In this document: positions 26,997 to 37,848 of the stretch, in pieces
Layout: every line of letters starts with the position of its first letter
How positions within the stretch are numbered: position 1 is the first letter of the stretch
From: Promethearchaeota archaeon
GTDB taxonomy: Archaea > Asgardarchaeota > Lokiarchaeia > Sigyniarchaeales > SOKP01
Reading direction: 5' to 3'
Length of the DNA stretch: 42,575 bases
NCBI GenBank assembly: GCA_048940645.1
Contig: JBHLOI010000031.1
Location: 1-42,575 of the forward strand
Notes under the pieces: generated by a model
Databases searched by the model: none
Told to the model about the DNA's origin: nothing
What the model saw: only the letters and a program-made list of their open reading frames with translations
Position numbers and translations under genes: made by a program

Positions 26997-29015
26997 TCAC
27001 GCTTTTACTCCATAATCTTGTTTATATTCCTTAATTTTATCTCGTAAATACGCAGCATCTTCAAATCTAAGTTCTTTAGCAGCTTGAAACATCTTGTTTT
27101 CAAGGTAATGAATTATTATATCAATATCTCCTTCTGTCTCTAATTGTTTGACTTTTTCCTTAACAACTTTTTTTAATCTCTTTACTTCTTTTTCTTTAAA
27201 TTCCTGTTCTTCAGAGAGAGAATTAAGAATATTCTTTTTTATAGTTTGAGGCGTTATATTGTTTTTTTCATTGTATGTTTGTTGTTTAGCCCTTCTTCTA
27301 TTGGTTTCATCAATTGCGGCTTTCATTGCGGGTGTTATCTTCTCTGCGTATAGTATGGCTCTCCCTTCTACATTTCTCGATGCTCTCCCAATAGTTTGAA
27401 TAAGAGATCTTGTATCTCTTAAGAAGCCTAGTTTGTCTGCATCTAAAATAGCAACTAATTTGACTTCAGGTAAATCTAAACCCTCTCTTAAAAGATTTAT
27501 TCCAACTACTACATCAAAGGTGCCGTCTCTTAGTTGTCGCAAAATATCAAACCTCTCTACAGTGTCCACCTCCGAGTGAAGATAAGCAATTTTGATGCCT
27601 AATTCTGAATAATATTCGGCAATGTCTTCTGCCATTCTTTTAGTTAAGGTGGTTATTAAAATTCTTCCTTTGGTTTCAATAACTGCTCTAATTTCACCTA
27701 AAAGATCATCAATTTGATTTTTAGCTGATCGAATTTCAACTTCAGGATCTACTAAACCAGTAGGTCTAATTATCTGTTCTGCTGATATTCCTTCACTTTT
27801 TCCTAGTTCCCAATCTCCTGGCGTAGCACTCATAAAAATAATATATTTAATTTTACTTTCCCATTCTTCAAATGTTAAAGGTCTATTATCATAAGCACTG
27901 GGCAATCTCCATCCATATTCCACGAGATTCTTTTTCCTAGATCGGTCACCTCCTATCATACCATGAATTTGAGGTATTGTAATGTGAGATTCATCAACCA
28001 CAATTAAAAAATCATCAGGAAAGTAATCAATTAAACACATGGGAGGGGATCCAGGAGGTCTACCATCCAAATGCCTTGAATAATTTTCAATTCCTTTACA
28101 CCATCCTAGTTCACGCATCATTTCTAAATCAAATTTAGTTCTTTTCTCAATCCATTTTGCTTCAGCATATCTCTTTTCAGCCATAAACTTTTTGATTTGT
28201 TGTTCCAACTCTAGCTCTATTGACTCTAATGCTTTAATCTTGTTCTCCTCTGGAATGATGAAATGAGTTGCTGGAAATATCCTACAATTAGTAAGCTCTT
28301 TTATAACTTCATTTGTTAGTGGATGGATTTCTTGGATTGATTCAATTTCATCTCCAAAAAGTGATATCCTAATAGCTGTTTCCAAATATGCAGGAAAAAT
28401 ATCAATGATATCACCTCTTACTCTTACAATTCCTGGCTTAAATTCTATATCTTTACGTTCATAATTCATTCTTACTAATGCTTTAATGATATTCTTTCGA
28501 TTTATATTTTGGCTAATACTTAAAGAGATAGAGACTTTTTCCCACTCTTCAGGAGATCCTATCCCATAAATACATGATACAGTCGCCACAATAATAACAT
28601 CATTTCTTGTCCTAATTGCATGGGTCGCTGCAAGTCTAAGTCGTTCAATCTCTTCATTGACGCTAAAATCTTTCTCAATATATTGGCTGGTGATCGGTAA
28701 GTATGCCTCCGGTTGATAATAATCATAATAAGAAACAAAATAATGAACAGCATTATCAGGAAATAAGTCTTTTAGCTCATTATAAAGTTGAGCGGCAAGA
28801 GTTTTATTAGGTGCCATAACTAACGTAGGTTTTTGAATTTCTTGAATAATATTGGCGATAGTGAATGTTTTACCAGTCCCAGTGGCTCCTAATAAAGCTT
28901 GGAATCGCTTTCCCTTCTCAATTCCTTTTTTGAGGGCCTCTATTGCAGACGGTTGGTCACCTTGTGGTGAAAATTCAGACTGTATATTAAAACTGACACT
29001 CATGAGGCTAATCAC
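26997..29015 (-). CDS. uvrB: Excinuclease ABC subunit B
   Basis: GATGTGKT, YFVSYYDYYQPEAY, DESH, GINLLREGLDLPEV, C-terminal UVR motif; likely start ATG 29003. Confidence 0.98.
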   Translation of the reverse strand: MISLMSVSFNIQSEFSPQGDQPSAIEALKKGIEKGKRFQALLGATGTGKTFTIANIIQEIQKPTLVMAPNKTLAAQLYNELKDLFPDNAVHYFVSYYDYYQPEAYLPITSQYIEKDFSVNEEIERLRLAATHAIRTRNDVIIVATVSCIYGIGSPEEWEKVSISLSISQNINRKNIIKALVRMNYERKDIEFKPGIVRVRGDIIDIFPAYLETAIRISLFGDEIESIQEIHPLTNEVIKELTNCRIFPATHFIIPEENKIKALESIELELEQQIKKFMAEKRYAEAKWIEKRTKFDLEMMRELGWCKGIENYSRHLDGRPPGSPPMCLIDYFPDDFLIVVDESHITIPQIHGMIGGDRSRKKNLVEYGWRLPSAYDNRPLTFEEWESKIKYIIFMSATPGDWELGKSEGISAEQIIRPTGLVDPEVEIRSAKNQIDDLLGEIRAVIETKGRILITTLTKRMAEDIAEYYSELGIKIAYLHSEVDTVERFDILRQLRDGTFDVVVGINLLREGLDLPEVKLVAILDADKLGFLRDTRSLIQTIGRASRNVEGRAILYAEKITPAMKAAIDETNRRRAKQQTYNEKNNITPQTIKKNILNSLSEEQEFKEKEVKRLKKVVKEKVKQLETEGDIDIIIHYLENKMFQAAKELRFEDAAYLRDKIKEYKQDYGVKA

Positions 29016-29129
29016 AAATTTATGAAGTAATTAAAGATAAGAATAAAATGAATATATAAACAATAAGACTACAAATATACTAATGTAACAAAGTTTAAGA
29101 TTTTTACGAAAAGTAAAAGAAAAATTATT

Positions 29130-32100
29130 TTATGAGCTTACCGTTTCTTCGTGTACGTCTTCAGCCCCTTCCACCGTTCGAACAATTATTACTAATATAT
29201 CTCCTTGATCGATAGTTCCGATTATTGCTTCAAGGTTAATCATGCTTATTGTTAATTCAATTGAACCACTAGTTCCAATTTCATATGTTGTTTCAGTAAA
29301 ACTAGAAAGAGGAATATAGGTACCGTTAATATACACTGAATTTACACTTACATTTAGTAATCCTAGGTTATTTATATTAATAATTAAACTTCCTGAATTT
29401 GATGCAGAAGTATCTTCGTCAATCTGTATATTATAACGAGTAGAATCAACATATGAACTAAGACTTGCATAAGCAACTGCGGTGGTATTCGTTGTGACTT
29501 TTAAATTAAGTGTATTTGAAGCATTAATTTCTAAATTTGCTATATTAAATGATATTAGAGCACACTCTTGAAAATCTAAATTAATATCTCCATAAATGAA
29601 ATTTGTATCATTTTCAATAGATATTACGGTTGTTTCATTAATGTATAAATTTTCTAATTTAATTGGCGAAATTCCAGTATTTTTTATTAGAAGCCGGGCT
29701 GTTTCATTAGCTGCAATATATGAAGCTTTTGTTCCAAGAACGTTCTCTATAATTTGAATATCCGCAGTACTGTTAATGCTTTGAACAAATCCAACATCCG
29801 AAGTTTTTGTTGACCCATCGAAAAGAGCAGATACAACTATACCTATCTCATCATTTACATCGATGTCAAGGTAGTCTGAAGCTATAACTTTTATAGTTTT
29901 ATATTTATTTGGTAGAATTGTACCTTTTTTAGGATTGAAATCAACTTCGGTCCACACGTCTGATTGGGTTATATATACTGAATCAAGAGCTAAAACTATA
30001 TTCCCTGTATTTTTTACCTCAATATTCAATATTGTCGTTCCGTTATCATAAGTATAAGCATAAGTTTTATCTAACTCAACAGGGATGTATTTTCTTAAAG
30101 AACTATTTGTTAATAATGATGCTTCTGGTGAAAGTATCCTAGAATTCCCTTGAAGTTTAATTTTGTAATTCTCAAAACTCGATGTCATCAATATTTCATC
30201 CGTAATACCCCCAGGTGTGATAACACCTATCTTATGTACAGGTGGCGTTGTCCCTACTGGCGAAAAAGGTACATCTGTAGTTGTCATTTTGACATAAGCT
30301 TTTTCTCCTGGGTTCAATATGGGTGATCCACTTAAATATTCTTTTTCACTAAAGATATTGCTTTTAGAGTCGGCATAATACTCATCTAAAACTATTACTG
30401 AATCGCCAATATTTTCTACTTCAAGGAATATATCAGCTTGATTTTCATTAATTTGAATAACTTCGCTATTAGCTTCGTTTATTCTGATTTTACTTGGTAA
30501 TGCTTCTTTTACAAAGAATTTAGGTGTAGAATTTGTAAATGTGTATTTCTGTCCCTCTAAAGCTTCAGATCTCGCTTCCACAGTTATATCCACAACATCA
30601 TTTTTAGTAAAATTAGTGCCTCCAGATTTAATATCCACCCATACTAAGTCATCATCTTCTGCAGGTACTATATTTGTATCTAACGCTTTACCTAGATAAT
30701 AACTATAACTTTGGTTATTTATTTTAACATTAGTAATTGTTAAATTCTTTGTGCCCGTATTCTTTAGGTTAAATGTGGCATAACCAGTATCAAATACTTC
30801 TGGACTTTTTATTCGGAAAGAAGATTCTAATGCAGTATAATCCATTTTATACATTTTAACAAATCCATTTCTAGAAGTATATCCCCCGTATGGATAGGGT
30901 CGAAACACTTTAAAATCATAGCGCCCATTGCTTGGTATATTAGTTACCCATTTATCTCCATCATCATCTAATCTACGAGTATTAATTTGATCTCTATAAT
31001 ATTGATCAAAAGTGGTTATCTCTCCAGTATAAGGATCTGTGTTTACACCATAAAACATCATTTTTACTATTTGAGCATCAAACCATTTCTTTTCTGGACG
31101 CCCAGAAGTATCATTAAAGAATGCGGACTCATCAAATACGGAATTTGCTGCCCAATTATCTTCCTCCAAACCCCACTTCTTATAGGTTTCATAATGATCA
31201 TTGCAGATGCGTAGCATCCAAGGCCACTTACCCTCGTCACCACCTAAAGGATTAAAGAGATAGGCGAAATATACTAGAACATAATCTGCTTTTAATATGC
31301 GAAATATTTTGGCACTATATAACTCATCGGTTTGCATCATTGCCATACCTGTTAATCCAATTCTAGTTGAATTAATAGTCCCATTGTCATTAACAGTTGT
31401 CATATTTCCAATGGGGGTTATCCAATATCCATAATCCCACCAACTCACTACCACTGTAGACCCTGGTAAATTATTCTTCATCCATGTTAACGATTCTTCC
31501 CAGTCATGATATTCACCAGCAGGAGCTATTTGACTTTGAGCTGCTTGGAACGTTGCATAATCTGCAGCGTGCCAAACTTGAGCAAGGCACATAATTCCAA
31601 TGATAAAATATACTGCTGTAACCTCAGATTTACCAACCATCTGTTTTAATTGCCTTTTTCTTTTTCTGCTTATACTTATTCTTTTTTCTCCGTAAAAACT
31701 ACCAAATATTTTTAAAATATTGACTAAGCCATAGGCACCAACTAAACAAGCTGCTGGTGCAAACAATAAAATTATTCGAATCATACTTCCTGTAAAATAA
31801 AACAACAATAATATAAATACTATCAATAAAATGTCTGCGGGATTTGATCTCCTGAATAAAAAGAACAAACCGAGAGGTATTAACATTAGAGGAATTAGCG
31901 TGTTATAATAAAACACGCCCCATGCGCTAGGAGCATGTTCTGCTACAGAAGCAGTAATATTTATAGTATCACGTAATAATGGACTAAGTATACTTTGTAA
32001 TCTTCCTCCAAATCCGAAAGGAATTAAATCAGGTTCAATCCAAATGATAACGGCAAAAATCAGAATAACAGGAATTAATCCCCATTTTACAAAATTAATT

Positions 32101-33017
32101 AATTTATTAAAGAATCTTGGATATTGATTTCTTTTTGTATAAATTAGATGGTAAATTACTAAAATAATAGTGAAGAAGAACGTTCCTCCTAAAGCTAAAC
32201 TAGTAAAAAAATCAGAAAAATGGAAATTTATATATAATGAAAAGACAAGTAGCCCCATTCCTTCTATTCCAGCATAAGCTATTAAAACATTAGTATTATA
32301 TTTTTTTGCAAGAATTATGATAAAAACTACAAGCGGTATTAAATAAAAAACAAAGTAATAGCCACCCCAACTAAGAGATAAATATCCTAAGAATAAGCCT
32401 CCATAAATTGCATGGCGTATTTTTCCTGTACGCATTGTCTTGACAAAGAAATAAAGAGTCATTATAGTACTAAAAACCCCAATGGTTTCATTATCAAAAA
32501 AACCTGCAACTGTCCGTTGCATAAAACCAGGAACAAGTGCCATGAAAAAGGCAGCTACTAATCCTAATCGTCGATCTAATGTTTCTTTTCCTAAAAGATA
32601 CGTTGCATAAACCGTTAATCCGCCCATAAATGCAGGAAAGTAAAAACATATATCATATAGTGAAACTGGGATGCCTAAAAATTGAAATACATTATAAATT
32701 GCAACAACAGTAAATGTTAATCCTGGACGTAGCTTAAATCTATCAAATCCTCCAGGAAACCAACTTTTATAATCATGCCAGTGGAAATAGTCGTATATTG
32801 AATGGGTTGAGAGATATTCAGCGTTGTAATATTGAATCCACGGATCAAATGCTTTGATTAAATTATTACCCAAAAAAACAGGAGATAATCTAATAATGAT
32901 TGCCAAGATTACAACTAAGGAGAGAGCAACAAAAAATAACATATTATGAGGTTTAATTGTTACACTAGCTCTAAGGCGATCACGGAAATTTTTAATTGAA
33001 GAGAGTATTTTAGTCAT
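29130..33017 (-). CDS. aglB: Oligosaccharyltransferase AglB/STT3 with extended C-terminal beta-sandwich repeats
   Basis: FDPW, GFFDNE, SWGGY, SVAEH, WWDYG, DNGT, DEGKWPWM. Confidence 0.93.
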   Translation of the reverse strand: MTKILSSIKNFRDRLRASVTIKPHNMLFFVALSLVVILAIIIRLSPVFLGNNLIKAFDPWIQYYNAEYLSTHSIYDYFHWHDYKSWFPGGFDRFKLRPGLTFTVVAIYNVFQFLGIPVSLYDICFYFPAFMGGLTVYATYLLGKETLDRRLGLVAAFFMALVPGFMQRTVAGFFDNETIGVFSTIMTLYFFVKTMRTGKIRHAIYGGLFLGYLSLSWGGYYFVFYLIPLVVFIIILAKKYNTNVLIAYAGIEGMGLLVFSLYINFHFSDFFTSLALGGTFFFTIILVIYHLIYTKRNQYPRFFNKLINFVKWGLIPVILIFAVIIWIEPDLIPFGFGGRLQSILSPLLRDTINITASVAEHAPSAWGVFYYNTLIPLMLIPLGLFFLFRRSNPADILLIVFILLLFYFTGSMIRIILLFAPAACLVGAYGLVNILKIFGSFYGEKRISISRKRKRQLKQMVGKSEVTAVYFIIGIMCLAQVWHAADYATFQAAQSQIAPAGEYHDWEESLTWMKNNLPGSTVVVSWWDYGYWITPIGNMTTVNDNGTINSTRIGLTGMAMMQTDELYSAKIFRILKADYVLVYFAYLFNPLGGDEGKWPWMLRICNDHYETYKKWGLEEDNWAANSVFDESAFFNDTSGRPEKKWFDAQIVKMMFYGVNTDPYTGEITTFDQYYRDQINTRRLDDDGDKWVTNIPSNGRYDFKVFRPYPYGGYTSRNGFVKMYKMDYTALESSFRIKSPEVFDTGYATFNLKNTGTKNLTITNVKINNQSYSYYLGKALDTNIVPAEDDDLVWVDIKSGGTNFTKNDVVDITVEARSEALEGQKYTFTNSTPKFFVKEALPSKIRINEANSEVIQINENQADIFLEVENIGDSVIVLDEYYADSKSNIFSEKEYLSGSPILNPGEKAYVKMTTTDVPFSPVGTTPPVHKIGVITPGGITDEILMTSSFENYKIKLQGNSRILSPEASLLTNSSLRKYIPVELDKTYAYTYDNGTTILNIEVKNTGNIVLALDSVYITQSDVWTEVDFNPKKGTILPNKYKTIKVIASDYLDIDVNDEIGIVVSALFDGSTKTSDVGFVQSINSTADIQIIENVLGTKASYIAANETARLLIKNTGISPIKLENLYINETTVISIENDTNFIYGDINLDFQECALISFNIANLEINASNTLNLKVTTNTTAVAYASLSSYVDSTRYNIQIDEDTSASNSGSLIININNLGLLNVSVNSVYINGTYIPLSSFTETTYEIGTSGSIELTISMINLEAIIGTIDQGDILVIIVRTVEGAEDVHEETVSS

Positions 33018-33191
33018 TTTGTTTTTAAATCAATTAATAATCAAAATTTTCAAATAAATTTAGATATAAAAAAAATCCTTATCATTAAAAGATTATTTTT
33101 TAATATATTAAATGGTCTTGATATTATAACAAGAGATAATGTTGACTTTTTATCTCATCAAATTAATATTTCAATTATTTTAGCTCAGATA

Positions 33192-34052
33192 GTGTATGCA
33201 ATGATATCAGAAAAGAGTAAATATCTTTTTAAATTTTATTATATTGGCTCAAAAAAGTATTATGGTTCTCAAAGACAATTAAATACTCCTACTATTGAGA
33301 AACTTCTAATTAATGCTTTACTAAAAAAGGGCTATATAATTGATTTAAAAGAGGCTAATTTTGAAGTTGCAAGTAGAACCGATAAACTCGTATCAGCAAG
33401 AGGTGCTTCGTTTTCCATCATTACTAACAAGCAACCCATTTTAATGGAAATAAATTCTGAGTTACCTCATGAAATTGGATTATGGGCATACACAAAGGTA
33501 CCATTAGATTTTTCTTCAAGATTCAATGCGTTATATCGCCACTACAAATATATCCTTGCTTTAAAATATGGTCCTTTTAAAAATGGGCACTTAATTAATA
33601 TAGATCTTATGAAAAAGGCATGTAAAGCACTTGAAGGAAACCATGATTTTAAGAATTTTGCCAAGAAAGAAAACAATAACATAAAAACTATAAGAACATT
33701 AACGTTAGCTTCAGTTGATTCAAAACCTAATTATTTAATATTTGATTTTAAAAGTAAGTCTTTCTTAAGGCAACAGATTCGAAGAATGGTTGCAAAGTTA
33801 ATTGATTTGGGGATGGAAACACTATCTTATGACGAGTTTTTATATTTGTTAAATACGTCAACTTTTATATCTTATCAACCAGCAAATCCAATTGGATTGA
33901 TTTTATGGGACGTAATTTATGAAAACAAGTTTAAATATCAAATCGATACTAAATCTATGGATAGAATGATGAATTTCTTTTATAGAAGAGAAGAAAAAGC
34001 AAATCTTAAAAGATTATTATTTCATATCTTGCAACATAACAATGTTAGCTAA
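33192..34052 (+). CDS. truA: tRNA pseudouridine(38-40) synthase
   Basis: YxG..YYGSQRQ, ASRTDKLVSA, RHYKY, GNHDFKNF, FLRQQIRRMV. Confidence 0.92.
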   Translation: MYAMISEKSKYLFKFYYIGSKKYYGSQRQLNTPTIEKLLINALLKKGYIIDLKEANFEVASRTDKLVSARGASFSIITNKQPILMEINSELPHEIGLWAYTKVPLDFSSRFNALYRHYKYILALKYGPFKNGHLINIDLMKKACKALEGNHDFKNFAKKENNNIKTIRTLTLASVDSKPNYLIFDFKSKSFLRQQIRRMVAKLIDLGMETLSYDEFLYLLNTSTFISYQPANPIGLILWDVIYENKFKYQIDTKSMDRMMNFFYRREEKANLKRLLFHILQHNNVS

Positions 34053-34988
34053 AAGCGCTTTTAATTGAATCTCTTCGGTTCCTCCTTGACTTAATCTATA
34101 TTCAAACTCCGCTAATAATTTTGAAAGCTCTATTTTAATCTTTTCAGATATATTTAAATCATAAATCTCTCTATGAATATTTTTTATAACATTAATTCCT
34201 GAAAGTCCATACTCTTTAATGACGTCGTTTAATAGATTTATTGAGAAGTCTAATTGCCCTTGAATTGCTGTTTGTAGTATATTTTTTATTCTTTCAGGAG
34301 GTACTTCACCAGCGACTTTAAAAACTATATCTTGATCAATTTTTTGAGAAATTGTACTGCAAGATTGCAAATAATTTATTGCTCTCCTGCAATCTCCTCT
34401 CGAAACTTCCACTAAAGCATTTAAACCATCATTAGTTATAGAAATATTTTCCTGTTTAGAAATAAATTTTAATCTTTCTTTGATATCGCTACTATTTAAT
34501 GAGGAGAATCGAAAAACGACACATCTTGATTGGATAGGAGGGATTATCTTATTCGAATAGTTACAAATTAAGATCATTCTACAATTTTGAGTATACCTTT
34601 CCATTGTTCTTCTAAGTGCTTGTTGAGCAGGGGCAGTCATATTATCAGCTTCATCTAAAATTAAAATCTTAAAAGGAATATTTATGGGTGGTTTCGCTTT
34701 TGCGAAATCTTTAATAAAAGTTCTTATAACATCTATTCCTCTAGCATCACTTGCATTTAACTCTAAATATGTTGTATTTAAAGCCATTTTCCTGCCATAT
34801 AATTCTCGAACTATAGCTAAGGCAGATGTTGTTTTTCCTGTACCTGCTGGACCAGCAAAAATAAGGTGTGGCATTGATCTATCATTAATAAATTGTTGAA
34901 GTCTATTAACAATTCCTTTTTGATTTACCACCTCTTCTAGCTTACGTGGTCGGTATTTTTCAACCCAAGGTCTATTACTATTTGACAT
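34017..34988 (-). CDS. rfcS: Replication factor C small subunit
   Basis: PWVEKYRP, GPAGTGKT, LELNASDARG, LDEAD, AQQALRR, SRC. Confidence 0.96.
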   Translation of the reverse strand: MSNSNRPWVEKYRPRKLEEVVNQKGIVNRLQQFINDRSMPHLIFAGPAGTGKTTSALAIVRELYGRKMALNTTYLELNASDARGIDVIRTFIKDFAKAKPPINIPFKILILDEADNMTAPAQQALRRTMERYTQNCRMILICNYSNKIIPPIQSRCVVFRFSSLNSSDIKERLKFISKQENISITNDGLNALVEVSRGDCRRAINYLQSCSTISQKIDQDIVFKVAGEVPPERIKNILQTAIQGQLDFSINLLNDVIKEYGLSGINVIKNIHREIYDLNISEKIKIELSKLLAEFEYRLSQGGTEEIQLKALLANIVMLQDMK

Positions 34989-35106
34989 ATAAATACAAAA
35001 ATTTTATGGTTACTTATAATAATATTAAAAAATACAATTTAAGAATTAAAATTTCTTTCTATAATAATAATACTAAATTTTAATAAGCAAAAACAAGTTA
35101 AAAAAG

Positions 35107-36411
35107 ATGTCTGAATTTCAAATAAGTAAATTAAAAGCAAGATGGATATTAGATTCACGAGGTAATCCAACTGTTGAAACTGAAGTTTATGCTGGTGATG
35201 TATATGCTCGTTCAGCCGTTCCTTCAGGTGCTTCAACAGGGGCCTTAGAGGCATTAGAACTTAGAGATGGAGGGAAGAATTTTTTAGGTAAGCATGTAAC
35301 TAAAGCAGTAGTTAATGTGAATGATATTTTAGCTAATAAATTGAATGGATTTGATGTCAGAGAACAACAAAATATAGATGAGGAAATGATTTCGATAGAT
35401 GGTACTGAAAATAAAAAAAATATAGGCGCAAATGCTATTCTTTCAGTATCTCTTAGTGTTGCTAAATTAGCAGCAAAGCTCTTGAAAAAACCACTCTTTT
35501 CACATCTTTATGAACTAAGTCATAATAAGTCAAGGGATGATTTTTTATTACCTTTGCCTTCTAGTAACATTATCAATGGAGGAGAACATGCTGGAAATAA
35601 CTTAGCAATACAAGAGTTTATGATATTACCGATAAGAGCGCCTAAATTTTCAATAGCACTTCAAAATGTGTCAGAAGTATATCATACATTAAAAAAGATA
35701 TTAAGCGAAAAACATGGACCTTCCGCTGTTAATGTAGGTGATGAGGGTGGTTTTGCACCAAATTTATCTGAAACCAGAGAAGCATTAGATATTATTATAG
35801 AAGCAATTGAAGAAGCTGGTTTTGTGATGGGAACTGATTTTGTATTGGGAATGGATGCAGCCGCAAGTGAATTCTTTAAAAAAGATTTATATTTTATTGA
35901 TGGGAAAAAACTATATGAAGAAGAATTATTACAATATTACCTTGATTTGATTCATGATTATCCATTAAATTCTATTGAAGATCCATTTGATGAAAAATCA
36001 TTTCGAGGTTTTACTAACCTTACAGCAAAAGTGAATAAAACAATTCAAATAGTATGTGACGATTTAACAGTTACCAACATTAGACTTTTAGCAAAAGCGG
36101 TGGAAGAAAAAGCAGGAAATGCTTTATTACTTAAAGTAAATCAAATAGGGACCTTAACTGAATCTATAAATGCGTGTAAATTAGCGTTTAAGAATGGATT
36201 CAACGTAATGGTTTCACATCGTTCTGGTGAAACTGAGGATCCTTTTATAGCCGATTTAGCAGTTGGCTTGTGTACTGGACAAATTAAAAGCGGAGCACCA
36301 TGTCGCAGTGATAGAACGAGTAAATACAATCAACTATTAAGAATTGAAGAATTTTTGGGAGAAAAGGCAAATTATCCAACTGATTTTACTTCATGGAAAA
36401 GGTATCAGTAA
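35107..36411 (+). CDS. eno: Enolase
   Basis: ILDSRGNPTVE, VPSGASTG, GDEGGFAP, LLKVNQIGTLTE, SHRSGETED. Confidence 0.98.
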   Translation: MSEFQISKLKARWILDSRGNPTVETEVYAGDVYARSAVPSGASTGALEALELRDGGKNFLGKHVTKAVVNVNDILANKLNGFDVREQQNIDEEMISIDGTENKKNIGANAILSVSLSVAKLAAKLLKKPLFSHLYELSHNKSRDDFLLPLPSSNIINGGEHAGNNLAIQEFMILPIRAPKFSIALQNVSEVYHTLKKILSEKHGPSAVNVGDEGGFAPNLSETREALDIIIEAIEEAGFVMGTDFVLGMDAAASEFFKKDLYFIDGKKLYEEELLQYYLDLIHDYPLNSIEDPFDEKSFRGFTNLTAKVNKTIQIVCDDLTVTNIRLLAKAVEEKAGNALLLKVNQIGTLTESINACKLAFKNGFNVMVSHRSGETEDPFIADLAVGLCTGQIKSGAPCRSDRTSKYNQLLRIEEFLGEKANYPTDFTSWKRYQ

Positions 36412-36420
36412 AATAAAAAT

Positions 36421-37062
36421 TTAATAATTTTTTATAAACCTATAAATATTTACATCAATTTCTTTTGTTTTTTGAGCATGGAATTCAAATGACTTCTCAA
36501 GTTTTAATTTAAATGGGAAGTAATAATCAACATGCCAATGGAAATCCTTTATAAAACTAAGAATAAATTCATGGACTTTTTTATTGGCCAGATGGATAGA
36601 ATATACTACATTAGAAAATTCAAATGCTTTTTGTAAAAAATTCCTATCTGCTTTATTCTTTTGAACTCCAAAAGGAGGATTCATTATGGTGGTTATTTTT
36701 TCTTTTTTTGGGAGCAACATTGGTGAAACTTCAAATCTGCTAATATCAACGCATAGTGGAAAGATCAAATATTCAAGTTGAAGATTTTTAATATTTTTTT
36801 TTAATATCTGTATTGCAGATATATCAATATCAATGCTTATGATATATTTTGGTTGAAAATAAGAGCTTGCGATAGATAATCTTCCGGTACCAGCCCCAAA
36901 ATCAAAAATTAAATGGTTTCTAATATCATTAAATTCAAACCCAGCGAAAAAAACAATATCTACTGCACTAATTGCATCAATACAATATTGTTCTAATTCA
37001 ATTTTAGGGCTAGAAAAAACTGCTGTGTTTTGAATAATAGAACTTATTTCTTTTTTCTTAAT
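36421..37062 (-). CDS. METTL5-like rRNA N6-adenine methyltransferase; longer than the ORF track call, probable ATT start
   Basis: Manual translation shows the frame open upstream of 36768: IKKKEISSIIQ...PKIELEQY...DFGAGTGRL...IDID, continuing into IMNPPFG and VYSIH. Confidence 0.85.
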   Translation of the reverse strand: MKKKEISSIIQNTAVFSSPKIELEQYCIDAISAVDIVFFAGFEFNDIRNHLIFDFGAGTGRLSIASSYFQPKYIISIDIDISAIQILKKNIKNLQLEYLIFPLCVDISRFEVSPMLLPKKEKITTIMNPPFGVQKNKADRNFLQKAFEFSNVVYSIHLANKKVHEFILSFIKDFHWHVDYYFPFKLKLEKSFEFHAQKTKEIDVNIYRFIKNY

Positions 37063-37176
37063 CTCAAACGCCCGGTAATTAAATTCAGTTAATTCTTTAT
37101 AACTTATTATGGATAAATTTAATTAACTTACATAATAATAATTAAATAGTGAAAATAAAAGAATGTTGGGAAATAT

Positions 37177-37773
37177 ATGAAAAAATCAATTAAAAATAAA
37201 GATATTGTTCTTACTGGTCAATATCTAGGTGTTGTTGAGGAATTTCTACCAGATAAACAATCTTCCTATATAAAAGATGGTAAAATTTTTGCTACAAAAA
37301 CAGGTATAATTCTAATTGACAAAGAAAAAAAAGAAATAGAAATTAAGAGCCACCAAGAAAAAGATCGGAAAACAGTGAAAGTTGGAGATATTGTTATTGG
37401 GACTGTTCTTTTTTTAAGGCAATATTCTATTGGAATAACTTTTCATACCATAAATAATAAACTTCATTTTAATAGTTCCTATTTTGGAAATACTCATGTC
37501 TCACAAATTTCCCATAAATATATTGATAAAATCTCTGATGCTTTTCAAATTACTGATATACTTAGAGCAAAAGTAATTGAACAAACTAGTAACGAGTATA
37601 AATTAAGTACTGTTGGAAAAAATCTTGGTGTTATTCATGCTGATTGTGTTATTTGTGGAACTGCTTTAGAAAAAGTGGGTTATAATAAATTAAGGTGTTC
37701 AAGATGTGGTAATATTGAAACGAGGAAATTAGCAAATGATTATAGGGACGTTAATGAAATTTTGAGGTATTAA
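37177..37773 (+). CDS. csl4: Exosome complex RNA-binding protein Csl4
   Basis: VLTGQYLGVVEEF, S1 domain (VGDIVIG, HVSQIS, DILRAKV), LGVIHADCxxCG...CxxCG..ETRKLA. Confidence 0.92.
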   Translation: MKKSIKNKDIVLTGQYLGVVEEFLPDKQSSYIKDGKIFATKTGIILIDKEKKEIEIKSHQEKDRKTVKVGDIVIGTVLFLRQYSIGITFHTINNKLHFNSSYFGNTHVSQISHKYIDKISDAFQITDILRAKVIEQTSNEYKLSTVGKNLGVIHADCVICGTALEKVGYNKLRCSRCGNIETRKLANDYRDVNEILRY

Positions 37774-37848
37774 TATATAATTTTTTTAGTATTTTAAGTT
37801 AATTTTTATAATTATAGTATTTTAAAAAATAAGTAAAGGGAATAAATT

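Noticed and set aside
34017-34052. 36-bp convergent overlap of truA and rfcS
   Set aside because: Short 3' overlaps are common in compact archaeal genomes
36421-36768. Apparent truncated methyltransferase pseudogene from the ORF track
   Set aside because: The frame continues without stops through the conserved N-terminal motifs to 37062 and beyond
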